Source: Octopus sinensis | Lineage: Eukaryota | Assembly (NCBI RefSeq): GCF_006345805.1 | Contig: NC_043006.1 | Span: forward strand, 68,510,001-68,574,000 | DNA: 64,000 bases | Reading direction: 5' to 3' | Part shown: positions 12,601 to 24,182 of the stretch, one piece after another | Layout: the number at the start of each line of letters is the position of its first letter | Position numbering within the stretch: the stretch's first letter is position 1 | The notes under the pieces: model-generated | What the model saw: only the letters and a program-made list of their open reading frames with translations | Told to the model about the DNA's origin: nothing | Database searches by the model: none | Position numbers and translations under genes: made by a program

Positions 12601-12767
12601 TTGCTAGTAGTGTCAGACAAAATTCATTGCTGTATTTAGTTACAGCCTGTTACGTTCTGCTGAGGTTATCTTAACCATTCATCATTCCAAAACAGATGAA
12701 ATAAGGGCACCAGTCAAACACTGGAATTAGTTTAATTAACTATAACCACTTCTCCATGATTCTTTCT

Positions 12768-12963
12768 ACTATAGGCACAAAACCTGACATTTTCAGTGGA
12801 GGGCAGAGTTGATTACATTGATCCCTGTACTCAACTGATACTTATTTTATTCTCCTCTGCAAGATGAAAAGCCAAGTCACGCTTTGATAGCATTTGAACT
12901 CAGAACATAAAGCTTGTGACAAAACTGCTAAGCATTTTGTCTGGTGTCCTAATGATTCTGCCA
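12768..12963 (-). mobile_element. SINE family B
   Basis: Reverse complement of TGGCAGAATC.TTAG...GAGTTCAAAT...CTTT.CCTTTCATC consensus. Confidence 0.8.
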
Positions 12964-12977
12964 ACAACAACAATAAC

Positions 12978-13270
12978 ATACTCTAATGCAGTACTAGGCG
13001 GTGGCTCTTATGGCTTCTGATCTTAACTGATTGGAAGTGTTATCATGTACATGATGGGTTACAGCCAATATTCCGCTCAGTATGCAGATTTGTTTGTCAG
13101 TTGTTTGATTCTAACCACTTGAGCATCTCTCTTAGTGACTGATGATATGTGCATTTCGGATCATGAACAGGAGTAGTGGGGAAACATCATAGCCATGTGT
13201 TGAGAGGGATCATTTGGAGTTTGGGTAATTCACCTCTGGAAAGGATGTTTCATTCATCATCCTTAAATAA
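12978..13270 (+). mobile_element. (TAA/CAA)n-associated retroposon 3' fragment (family J)
   Basis: Homologous to 51532-51790. Confidence 0.7.
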
Positions 13271-14154
13271 GCATAAAGATACACAACCATACACACACAC
13301 ATATACAAGATAGGCTTCTTTCAGTTTCCAAAAAAAATCAACTCACAAGACTTTGGCCAGCCCTGGGGCTATAGTAGAAGGAAGTTACCCAAGGTGCTAT
13401 ACAGAGGGACTGAACCTGGAACCATGTTGTTGGGAAGCAAACTTCTTACCACATAGCTATACCTGCACTTAATAATGCTTATGATAAATTTTTGTTTAAA
13501 AAATTTTCATTTCAAATTATCAATTCTTAACTATTCATAGAAATAAATTTTATGATAATAAAGCTAATTTAAAACAATATTTAAAATTTTATAAATTAAA
13601 AAATTTTAATTTTATTAAAAATTTTAAATTGTTTTCAAAACTGGCCTGTTTCTAGTTTATTACAAAACTGAAGTAGAGAAAGATTGAAGATTTCAAAATG
13701 GGGTAGGATGGGGCCATGGGCTTAAAAAAGGTTAGGAACTACTATTTTAGACCACATATAAATATCACCAACCGATCCTCACCTCCACCACCCTAACACC
13801 ACCACCACCACCACTGGCCAATGATTGACAAGCTGTCAATCACCACCCCACTATAAATACTTGCTTACCATTAAAATCCTCTTCCATCACACATCTCCCA
13901 GACATATGTCAACACTGAAGGCCTCTTTGGGTTCTCTGTCCTTCTCTTTTTCAGAGCCTGGACTATATGGAGTGAAAACAGGGAATGTGAATGTTGTCAA
14001 TGCTGTTGTCGCCATCATCATCAGCAGCCACATTCTACAGCTGCTACTGAGCCTTCACTAGCAGAAATTACCTAGGGATGCCTAAGGCAGAAAACTCAAT
14101 AGCAGAGTAGAGTAATGTGATAGTATACTTGATATTATTGTAAGCCAAGAAACA

Positions 14155-14410
14155 TCATTATCATCATCATTTTCCATGCTGTTTTCCATGCTGGCATGGG
14201 TTGGACAGTTTGACAGAAGTTGGCAAAGTCAGGAGGACTGCACCAGGCTCCGGTCATTTGTTTTGGTATGGTTTCTATGGCTGAGTGTCTTTTCTAATAC
14301 TAACCACTTTACAGAGTGTACTGGGTGCTTTTAATGTGGTGCCAGCTTAGGAGCTTATTGCATGGTGCTAGCATGGGTGCTTTTTAATTGGAATTAGCAC
14401 AGGTGCTTTA
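14155..14410 (-). mobile_element. RTE-related non-autonomous repeat (family C) with (GAT)n tail
   Basis: CATCATCAT..TTCCATGCTGGCATGGGTTGGA..ACCACTT.ACAGAGTG. Confidence 0.85.
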
Positions 14411-14872
14411 CAACCCAATTCTGGTAAAAATAGCAGGAGAAACAACCAAAAAGTGTTAATCAAATCTAATTAAAATCAGTCTGCAATGAAAGAGTGAATC
14501 TAGTCCATGGTAATAAGGGCAACAACTTCAGACAGGTCTTGGCCTTATTCAGTCTCATCAGTAAAATGTAGTGTAACTGTGACTGTTGAATCTTAGATTA
14601 ACTAAAGAAGTGTACAGGTGTGTTTTTCAATAAAAACTGCGGTGTGTTGTAGTTTAGAAGGCTGGAGGAAAATATCTGAGATACAGTCTGCATGAAAACA
14701 TAACTTTAAAGTGAGTGCTGCCATGCTTGAAGGTAAGACAAAAACTTGTTTTTCAAAATTATAACTTTGAGCACAATCATTACCCAAATGACTAATTCTG
14801 TACATTTTACTGATGAGGTTTAATAAGACTTAAACATGTCTAGAGTTGTTACTCTTACTGTTGATATTAGAC

Positions 14873-15016
14873 CAGTCATGGGCTAAGTGTGACCCATGGG
14901 TCTTTCTGAATAGCATGCCTAATGAAAAATAACCACTTTTTTTTAGCATAAAGGCCCACTTGATGTTTAGCTGTGTCTCAGGTGGCTTACTTCTGAAAAA
15001 AGGTTGCCTATGCCTG
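14873..15016. mobile_element. hAT-like MITE
   Basis: TIR CAGTCATGGGC / GCCTATGCCTG; 8-bp flanks TATTAGAC / GATTAGAT; second copy at 20840-20970. Confidence 0.75.
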
Positions 15017-15455
15017 GATTAGATTCACTCCTTGTTATAGTCCAATTTTGATTCAAATTCTGGATTGTCTTCCATACCATTTTTAATGAGAATTAATGAT
15101 TTAGATAATGATGCTCTTGAGGACATCAAGAACTCACAATTTAATTGATGTATTGGAAAAATTACTTTCCAAGAAATTATATAAAGCAGCTGTTTAAATC
15201 TTAAACGCCATTAATTTCATATATATTTATCTTTTTAAGCTTTGAAAATATAACTGATGGCTTCCAGTTATCAATAGACACTTGCAAAAACTTAATCTGG
15301 GTATATGTAAAGGTATGTAAAATAAGTGGTAAAGGTGTGTGCAGTTTGATAGAAAGGAATATAAAAATGTGTAGTAACTTTTTTTCAGCCCTGTCGTTAT
15401 AACAAGAGACAGTTGAATGAATTGGAGACAACAAGAGTAAACAGAATCCCCTTAC

Positions 15456-15518
15456 CTGACCAATATAATGGGGACTGGTTTCTTCAAATACTGAAGAATG
15501 TTCTGTAGTATCACTCAC
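15456..15518 (-). CDS. candidate internal exon (63 nt, phase 0-0, VSDTTEHSSVFEETSPHYIGQ) of an unidentified gene
   Basis: Strong acceptor CCTTTTTTAATTTATTTTCCAG| and donor CAG|GTAAGG; length divisible by 3; only one frame open; no homology recognised. Confidence 0.45.
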
Positions 15519-15581
15519 CTGGAAAATAAATTAAAAAAGGTAGTGTTAGATTTACCTGTTTATTAAACCTCATTTAAACAG

Positions 15582-15626
<45 letters not shown>

Positions 15627-15660
15627 CGAATCCCACCCCATTACATATATATATATATAT

Positions 15661-15866
15661 ATAAAGTTAATCCAAACATGAAAACACAACAACAGAGGAC
15701 GTGGAACAAATATAGTATTATTGGATGCTCAGGAAGGAAGGGAAGAAGGAGGGTTTTACGTTTCGAGTGGAGCTCTTCGTCAGAAACATAGGAAAAGGAA
15801 AGATCCAGAGAAGGGAAGACGGAGGAAAAAAACATTGCCAATGGTACACACATGGTCACATTTTGA
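15661..15866 (-). mobile_element. short non-autonomous element with a Penelope-type hammerhead
   Basis: TA-repeat flanked; contains ACGTTTCGAG..CTCTTCGTCAGAAAC; related to 4555-4740. Confidence 0.7.
15753..15787 (-). ncRNA. minimal type I hammerhead ribozyme (Penelope-type)
   Basis: GUUU-CUGACGA-A-GAG(cucca)CUC-GAAAC-GUA^AAAC: intact CUGANGA/GAAA core, stem I GUUU/AAAC, stem II GAG/CUC, palindromic ACGU stem III. Confidence 0.7.
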
Positions 15867-16340
15867 ATATATATTATTATTATTATTATATATATATCTA
15901 AGGTATGGTATCTTTGGTAAGTGTTTCCTATGGCAGCTCCTAGTTTACCAAAACCTTCTGAATGGATTTGGTAGAAACAAACTGAAAAGAAGCTCATCAT
16001 GTGTGTGTGTTTGTGTGTGTGTGTGAGTGAGTGTGTGCATGCATGAGAGTGTCCTCTTGCCTTAGTACTGCATGATAATTGTAAAACAAGTGTCACCGTC
16101 AAGCAAATGTTGTCCTTCACTTCTAATCTGTTGTGTAAGCATGTCTGGTCATCAGGATATATTGCTTTATTTGGAAACAGGTGAGAGTTGTTGACAGAAA
16201 GAGCATCCAGCTGTAGAAAACTTGCTTCAACAAATTCTGACAAATCTATGCGAGCAGGGACATTAAAATGATACACACACACACACACATTTATATACAT
16301 ACACACATATACACACATATACATACATACATATATATAT

Positions 16341-16446
16341 GGAGGCACATGGCCTAGTGGTTAGAGTAGTGGACTTACGGTCGAGGGATCATGTGTTTGA
16401 ATCTCAGACCGAGCGATGTGTGTGTTTATGAGTGAAATACCTAAGG
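16341..16446 (+). mobile_element. tRNA-derived SINE head (same family as 2692-3212), 3'-truncated
   Basis: GGAGGCACATGGCCTAGTGGTTAGAG...TTTGAATCTC...ACCTAAG. Confidence 0.8.
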
Positions 16447-16571
16447 AAAGTAGAGTGCTGTAGAAACTAAGTCAAATATAAAATGCACAAATAAGATCTA
16501 GTTCTCTGAACTGTCCAAGTCACACCAAGTGTAGAAAGCAAATGTAAAATGAGGATATATATATATATAAT

Positions 16572-16970
16572 ATTCTTTTATTCTTTTGCTTGTTCTAGTC
16601 ATTTGACTGCAGCCATGTTGGAGCACCGCCTTGAAGGGTTTTAATTGAAGAAATCGACCCAGGACTTATGTTTTGAAAGCCTAGTACTTATTCTGTCAAT
16701 ATCTTTTGCTGAACTGCTATGTTATGGAGAAGTAAACACACCAACACCGGTTGTCAAGTGGTGATGGGGAGACAAACCAAAAAAAAAAAAACACACACAC
16801 ACACACAATAAGCTTTTTCAGTTTCAATCTACCAAATCTACTCACAAGGCGTTGGTCAAGCAGAGGTTATAGTAGAGAAGATACTTGCCCAAGGATAATG
16901 AGACTGAATGCAGTGGAAATGAACCCAGAACCATGTGGTTGGGAAGCAGGCTTCTTACGACACGGCCACA
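16572..16970 (-). mobile_element. SINE family A
   Basis: Both modules present; homologous to 35293-35698. Confidence 0.88.
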
Positions 16971-17233
16971 CAAACACACACATATATATACATATATGAT
17001 GGGCTTCTTTCAGCTTCTGTCAACCAAATCCACTCACAAGGCTATAGTAGAAGACACTTGCCCCAAAAAATCCAGGTAGATATCAATAAAGCACTCAATT
17101 TTAAATGAATTTGGTTAACTATATCCAACAATGAGATACCAAGAAATGCAAGTAGGAAACACATCCTCATGTAGGACAAGTAGTAGGTCCAAATATCATT
17201 TAGAAGCATTTCGAGAAAATCAGAGTATTAGAC

Positions 17234-17597
17234 AACAAAAATACATATGGAAAATACCACATCTTTAATTGTAAAATTCACCTTACAAAGCCAACAATTG
17301 ATTTTATTGTGGTAACACATTTAGATATAGAAAATGTCATTGAAATTAATATATCCGAAAATAAATGTTAACACAATGTTTTCAAGGTGATCCAAAATTG
17401 ATTAAATTCAAAGTGCACTTTTTATTTAACTAATTTTGGATTACCTTGAAAACAATATGTTAACATGTATTTTTGGAAATATCAATTTCAATGATATTTT
17501 CTATACCTAAATAAGTTAACACAATAAAAACAACTGTCTGCTTTGTAAGGTGAAATCTACAATTAAAGATGTGATTTTCTCCAGATGCATTTTTGTT
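17234..17597. mobile_element. ~365-bp imperfect palindrome (fold-back MITE-like)
   Basis: Arms pair over ~175 bp around a perfect central palindrome AAAGTGCACTTT (17410-17421). Confidence 0.9.
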
Positions 17598-17605
17598 ATA
17601 TATAT

Positions 17606-17790
17606 CATCATCATCATCATCATCGCTTAATGTCCGCTTTCCATGCTAGCATGGGTTGGACGATTTGACTGAGGTCTGGTGAGCCAGATGGCTGCACCAG
17701 ACTCCAATCTGATCTGGCAGAGTTTCTACAGCTGGATACCTTTCCTAACGCCAACCACTCTGAGAGTGTAGTGGGTGCTATTACGTGCCA
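17606..17790 (-). mobile_element. family C RTE-related repeat
   Basis: CATCATCATCGCTTAATGTCCGCTTTCCATGCTAGCATGGG...AACCACTCTGAGAGTG. Confidence 0.9.
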
Positions 17791-17819
17791 TTCAAAACAA
17801 TTATTATGATATTTGTATA

Positions 17820-18054
17820 TTTATTTCTTTATTGTCCACAGGGGGCTTAACATAGAGGGGACAAACAAGGATAGACAAAGGGATTAAGTCAATTATATCA
17901 ATGCCAGTGTGTAACTGGTACATATTTAATCAACCCTGAAAGGATGAAAAGCAAAATCGACCTCAGTGGAATTTGAACTCAGAATGTAACGGCAGATGAA
18001 ATACCGCTAAGCATTTCACACAGTGTGCTGACGATTGTACCAGCTTGCCACCCT
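17820..18054 (-). mobile_element. SINE family B, long-tail variant
   Basis: Full head plus GGGACAAACAAGG tail; the same tail occurs at 45405-45550. Confidence 0.88.
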
Positions 18055-18889
18055 TATTATTTGTATATTGCCATTGTTGGCACATACACATGCACATATA
18101 ATTTAAAGAAAAATGCACTAAAAAAAACTACAACTACCCAGCAGTATGTATATGAAAAACAAAGACAAATATAGGTGTGTCAAAGAACATACAATATAAA
18201 CTCTTGATTTATTAAAATTATCTCGCCCCAGCATGGCCACAGCTCATAAGCTGAAACTAGAATCAATCAAACATTTAGGAGATGTGACACACAATTGCCA
18301 AATGGTAACTGAACCCAGAACCATAAGAGATGGGGAGATGATCTCAAGAGGTTTCCAAAGTTGATATGCCATTACAGGAAAGATCAAGTTTATAGTCTGG
18401 AGATGATAAGATGATTGTGGACACATGTTTCTGCCTCAAAAGGCATCATCAACATGACAATTGTCCTACCATATCCTCTAGAGCCAAGACACTTAGACGA
18501 TGTGTGTGTGTCTATGTGTGTGCACAAACATACACTCAGGCATTCACATATAGAGAAAACAGTTTTTATCTATGTCATATGTATATAATCAAATTTTGAC
18601 TATGTTATTGTGCTTATATGCTTGTGGGTGTATGTATGATGCAGGTTCAATTCTAGCATTTTATAGCTGAGGAGCCAGAATTTTGTAACCATGTCTTTTA
18701 CACTTCTGTCAGAGGAAAACATGCACATACAGGAATTAAATGAAATTGAACTTCTGTTCGTTTCAACAATGATTATTCAGTTGTTCAATCAACTCTCTGT
18801 TCACTGAATTAGCATGCAAGTGTGGTTGAGTAAATCACAGACATTTGTACATTCAAACATAATTCTCAGCTTGACAATGTGAAAGGCTG

Positions 18890-19111
18890 GACCTTTCATA
18901 TTACGCCATCAAATATAATGGTTACTTTCCATTTATCCACATGGTTTTGACTTAATCAGGCATTATCTTTTAGCATTGAGATTTCAATAATGTGATAGTA
19001 TATTTTTAGAATGACATTGTAGGGTAGATATGTGAGTCTGGATCTCTCCTGTTTGAAGATAAAACAGGTAGAACAAATGGGTTTGCTGTGGCCAGTTTAA
19101 ATGCTAAAGGG
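18890..19111. mobile_element. piggyBac-like MITE
   Basis: Ends AAAGGG|TTAA; homologous to 50461-50651 and 60247-60467. Confidence 0.75.
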
Positions 19112-19229
19112 TTAAATTGCAGCTACTATTCATCTGACAAACCCTGAAACAGTTCCATCTATTGAATTTTACTTACAAGTTTGGAATTAGTCTGAGACAA
19201 TGATAAGTAATACTTACCCAAGTATATTA

Positions 19230-19557
19230 GAAGCACTCCATCAGTTACAACGATGAGGGTCCCAGCTGATACAATCAACGGAACAGCTTTCTCGTGAAAT
19301 TAACGTGCAAGTGGCTGAGCATTCCACAGACACGTGTACCCTTAATGTAGTTCGCAAGGAGATTCAGTGTGACACAGAGTGTGACAAGGCTGGCCCTTTT
19401 TGAAATAAGGTACTTCTCATTTTTGCCTGCTGAGTGGACTGGAGCAACGTGAAATAAAGTGTCTTGCTCAAGGACACAACGCGTCGTCGGGAATCGAACT
19501 CACAACCTTACGATCATGAGCTGAATGCCCTAACCACTAAGCCACGCGCCCTTACAC
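19230..19557 (-). mobile_element. full-length tRNA-derived SINE
   Basis: Head GGCGCGTGGCTTAGTGGTTAGGGC...GAGTTCGATTCCC; 11-bp TSD CAAGTATATTA. Confidence 0.92.
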
Positions 19558-20017
19558 TCAAGTATATTAAAAAACAAGCTAAACTATTATTAGTGACAGA
19601 AGCAGTATTAATATCAAAAGGCAATCTTTATATCTAACTTAATGTGGACGTTTTGTTATGAGGCCAAATTCTGTGGTGTTTATCATGAGAGGACCTCTCA
19701 TATGAATGCATAGTGCATAAAAGTACGCTGGTGGATGACAATTGCCTGTTATGGGTACTGGAACTGCCAGATCATGCGATTTCAACATACATTTCCACAG
19801 TGACAGCTGTCTGCAAGCCACATACCAACCAAATCCCACTGACAATGTTACATAGAATTCCAGTGACTTTTCAGGCACTGATGTTGCAAATGGCTATTGT
19901 TAACTATTGTTAAAACATACACCACCTCCTCTATGGTAGCGTAAGAAACTGGGTGTAAAATAACATAAAAATATCTGATATTACTAAGTATGTTTAGCTA
20001 ATGACTTAACACGTTAC

Positions 20018-20181
20018 CTGGTTTAATACCACTATTTGACATGAGTGCCTTTACTGTGGAATACTCTACTGCAAGTATTTGGGCTAGGTCTCTGGCCCTG
20101 AGGATAACTTGCTCCCCCTTCTTCCCACCAATCTCAGAAACAATGAGAAAGGTCAAGGGAGGGAAGTATTGCCTCCTTTGA
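20018..20181 (-). CDS. candidate exon (164 nt) with an HTH-like segment
   Basis: TATTTTGCAACTTAG| ... CCAG|GTAACG; single open frame QRRQYFPPLTFLIVSEIGGKKGEQVILRARDLAQILAVEYSTVKALMSNSGIKP. Confidence 0.25.
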
Positions 20182-21426
20182 CTAAGTTGCAAAATATTTA
20201 TATTAAGTCTGATGGTGAAGGCCATGGTAGTTTGAGAAGTGATAATGGCAGTTGTAGTTAATGTGGTTGTAACAGTGGTCATAGTGAAGACTATGGTAGT
20301 AGTAATAGAAGTGGGAGTGATGGCAGTAGTAGTAGGAGTGGGGCGTAGAAGTGGTAGTTGTAAATACTGTGATAATAGTGGTGGGAGTATCAACAGAAGT
20401 TGTAGAGAGGCAACACAAGAGTTGGGAAGTAAACCGTGTAATAATCCTGTGGAAATATGGTTCGTTGATTATGTAGTTAATTACTTCTTCCTAATTAGTT
20501 TGATAAGTTCTAGGGTAAAATAACTGTGCCATTAGGGAAACAGACACTAAATGTTGAAAATTAACAGAAATATAGAATGTATGCAGCATTTTGGTGGACA
20601 GCTTCCATTTCCATTTAGAGGGAGTAGAAAGTTAGTGACCTTACTGGCTCGAGAGTGATTAATTTAAACATTCCTATTGCCAGAAAATTAGATACTAAAA
20701 TATTAACCAATGAGTGGTCATTTCATAAAGCTGGCAAATTAAATATTAAACATACAAGCTAGGGAGTGGTTAGTTTAAACCCTCTTATGGCTGGAAAATA
20801 AGATACTAAATTACTAGTCAGGGAACGATTACTTTAAACTAGTCATAGGCAAACTACAGCCCATGGTACTTTCCGAATGGAATGCCTAATGAAAACTTTT
20901 CTTGAAATTTTTTAGTAGTGTAGGCCATTTGATGATGAGCTAAGTCTCATGTAGAAGTTGCCTATGTCTGGTTTTAAAATTGATAAGTTAGTGAATGTAC
21001 TGGCTAGAACAGAACAAGATGATTGGGTGTGGCAGTTTAAACATTGATGATTTGGCTTGGCTGACTGGATGGATATTCAACATGTTTTGGCAACAGTACA
21101 TTTTGGCACTAGAAGTGCATGCATGTGCAGAAATATACACATATGTACAGAGATAGTGAAAGAGAGAGAGAGAGAGAAGGGGAGAGACCATACACATACA
21201 TACAAGCATAACAGATGCTCACTTACATAAATAGAAAGAGAGAAAATGAGAGAAACATTAAAATGCTTGATGTCAAAAATGTAAGTATCAAACCAGTAAC
21301 ACCAAACAGGCAGAGCCAAACAGCTATGCCAGAACGTTCTCATACCTTGGCTAGAGAGGGTTACTTTAAATCATCCTATAATTGGAAAGTTAGATGCTTA
21401 AAGTTAAAGTATACTGAGGTTAAATT

Positions 21427-22250
21427 GTTACGCTGCATGGAATGGAGTACATGCAGTTTTGGGTCATATTCTCTTCTATTGGTGGTTTTACTTGAAGAAG
21501 ATATTTGTGAAGTGTTGTATTACTCTTGAATACTGTCCTGATGTCATATGGGCCGGATATCTTTTGTATCTTTTCGGAGAGGCCTTTCACATAGGGTAGA
21601 CAGACTGTGGACAGTTTATTAGTTTCATCCTCTCTTTTCTTCATAATTGGAGTGGAGAGTATGCTTTTGGGGTAGTTGTTGCTTAATAGATTGTTACTGA
21701 GCTTGGTCATTTCTTTGTGGTGTGTATCACGATCACTACTTATATTCTTTGCTCAATGTTTTAGGCACTGAGCAGTCCCTCTCTTTACACTATATGGATG
21801 GTGGGAATTGAAGTTGAGGTATCGTCCAGTGAAGGTTGGCTTGCAGTATACAGATGTCCTGAATCCATACTTGGTGCGTGTTATGAATACGTCCAGGAAT
21901 GTTAGCTGATTGTCTTTTTCTTTTACCATTGTGAATTGTATGGATGGCTCTATTGAGTTCACATGATCTAACAGCACTTGGACATCTTCCTGGTGGGGCC
22001 AGAGTATGTGTCATCAACATATCACAGCCATAGAGTTGGTTTTAGTGGTACTGATCCTAAAGCCAAATTCTCAAAGTATTCCATGTATATATTGGCTATT
22101 ATCGGTGATAATGGTGAACCCATAGCTAAACCCTCTTCTTGTTGATATACATCAGTGTCCATACTGAAGTAGGTAGTTTCTACACAGAAAGTCAACATTT
22201 CCATCAAGTTTCTTAATGGTATACTAGTGCGTAAATAATGTCTATCAAAT
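21427..22250 (-). mobile_element. Penelope-like element, RT/thumb fragment truncated before the GIY-YIG core
   Basis: MEMLTFCVETTYF...GLAMGSPLSPIIANIYMEYFE; IQFTMVKEKDNQLTFLDV...VYCKPTFTGRYLNFNSHHP; LPYVKGLSEKIQKI...YSIPCS. Confidence 0.93.
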
Positions 22251-23507
22251 GGTTGTTAAATATGAAAAATGGGATGAACTCCACCACACTGCCTCTGTTA
22301 CATGACACACTGTTGACACACAAGTTGTTATTGTTTAACCTCAAAGAAGTCGTAGGACTCAGGAGACCTCTCTGAATAAAGATGATCTAGTTGTAACCAT
22401 CTTTTGGGACCGAGGAAATCCTTAGCTTTGAACGAATCTCAGATCTGACAAAGCCTCTAGGAACAAAGATGTTCCAGCCATGACCATCTTGTCATTGTTT
22501 CCAAACAAACTCTAAGTCTACATTATTTAATATATCTTCCCTTTTTCAGAGAGTACAATGTAATTTGAAAGAGATTTAGATGCTACTACTACAAGATGGT
22601 GTAGTCATAAGGGAGCTCCCTTACTTAATGCATGCATGTATAGTTTCCATTAGTACTGTCATTGCACTGGGAATTACAGGCAAAAGAACTTTGCTGCTTC
22701 TTTCTAGATCTTTGTTAATTAATGAAGAAGTTGGGAAAGAAATATTGTGAGAGGTTTCAATTACCTAGACTAATAAATGTGTGAATATGTGTACAGATAG
22801 ATAGAGAGAGAGAGAAGGATGAAAGAGGAAGAGATTGTGTGTGTGTGTGTGTGTGTGTGTGTATTGCAAGGAGAACAGCATCAATCACTTATCTACAGGA
22901 ATGAGTGAAGCATCACAGGTGATGGATGGATAAATGGATGGACAGATTGATAAATAGCTAGGTAGAGAGAGAGAGAAAGGAAGAGAGAGAGAGAGATTCC
23001 CTGTTATTGCTGCTTCAAGCAGAAGAAGGGAGAAAGAAAGTGTGAAGCAGGTGAGATAAAGACAAGAGATAATTAAAGGTAGACAACTGTTACACAGTTA
23101 AGCTTGAACTAAGAGTAGTTAAGTTTGTCAGTTAAGACTAAATACCTTCTATTAATTTCTTATTAACTCTGTATTCTAAGCTCAAATCTCACTGAGGTCT
23201 ACTCTCTGTAACATAATGCAGCAAAATGGTCCCCTGATGAAATGTTCCGGTTAAGTACCTAAATGCACTTTGAACATCCAATGCTGAGGTTCCGAACAAC
23301 CAAAATGGTAAATCATAATTTCCCCTACATTTTATCTGTATACCATAATCAGTAATGAATACTACTAGGCATTAGTACTTAGTGGTGATGAATACTACTA
23401 AATATAGTAGTAACTTAAGCACAATAATGGAAGCACAGTGAATGGTGAAAATCTACATGGAGCTCAAAAATCAACAGTATCACTTGTATATTTAACTGTA
23501 CACAGAT

Positions 23508-23542
<35 letters not shown>

Positions 23543-23562
23543 ATATATATATATATACACAC

Positions 23563-23934
23563 TTTTATTTGTTTCAGTTATTTGACTGTGGCTATGCTGG
23601 AGCACTGCCTTTAGTCAAACAAATTGACCCCAGGACTTGTTCTTTGTAAGCCTAGTACATATTCTATTGGTCTGTTTCATTGAACCGCTAAGTTACGGGG
23701 AGGTAAACATGCCAGCATCAGTTGTCAAGTGATGGTGGGGGTACAAACATATATACATACATATGTACATATATATATATATGACTGGCTTCTTTCAGTT
23801 TCTGTCTACCAAATCCACTCACATGGCTTTGGTTAGCCCAAGGCTTAGAAGGTACTTGCCCAAGGTGCCATGCAGTAGGAATGAACCCAGAACCATGTGG
23901 TTGGGAACGAAGCTTCTTACCACACAGCCACACC
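23563..23934 (-). mobile_element. SINE family A, full length
   Basis: Both modules present. Confidence 0.9.
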
Positions 23935-23969
23935 TATATATATAGTTGGATAGATAGATAGATGTGTGT

Positions 23970-24182
23970 GTGTGTGTGTGTGTGTGTGTTTGTTCCCAAC
24001 CATAGTCTGACAACTGGTGTTGGTTTGTCTCTGTCCCTTGTAAATTAGTGTTTTGGTGAAAGAAATCTATAAAACAAGTACCATGCTTGAAAAAATAAGT
24101 ACTGGGGTTAATTTGTTCAACTAAGCCCTTCAAGGCAGTGCCCCAGCCTGGCCACAGTTCAATGACTGAAACAAGTAAAAGA
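23970..24182 (+). mobile_element. SINE family A 3' module, opposite orientation to its neighbour
   Basis: ...GCCCCAGCCTGGCCACAGTTCAATGACTGAAACAAGTAAAAGA. Confidence 0.85.

Noticed and set aside
13935-13958. Histone 3' stem-loop-like CTCTTTTTCAGAGCC
   Set aside because: 5' arm lacks GG, the loop is 5 nt, and there is no histone ORF; it reads better as a polypyrimidine acceptor
16341-16420. tRNA genes at SINE heads (3140-3212, 16341, 19480-19557, 63058)
   Set aside because: A/B boxes are present, but they run into SINE bodies with no complete cloverleaf or poly-T terminator
23240-23295. C/D snoRNA-like TGATGA...CTGA
   Set aside because: No clear terminal stem, C'/D' boxes or recognisable rRNA guide; TGATGA is very common here
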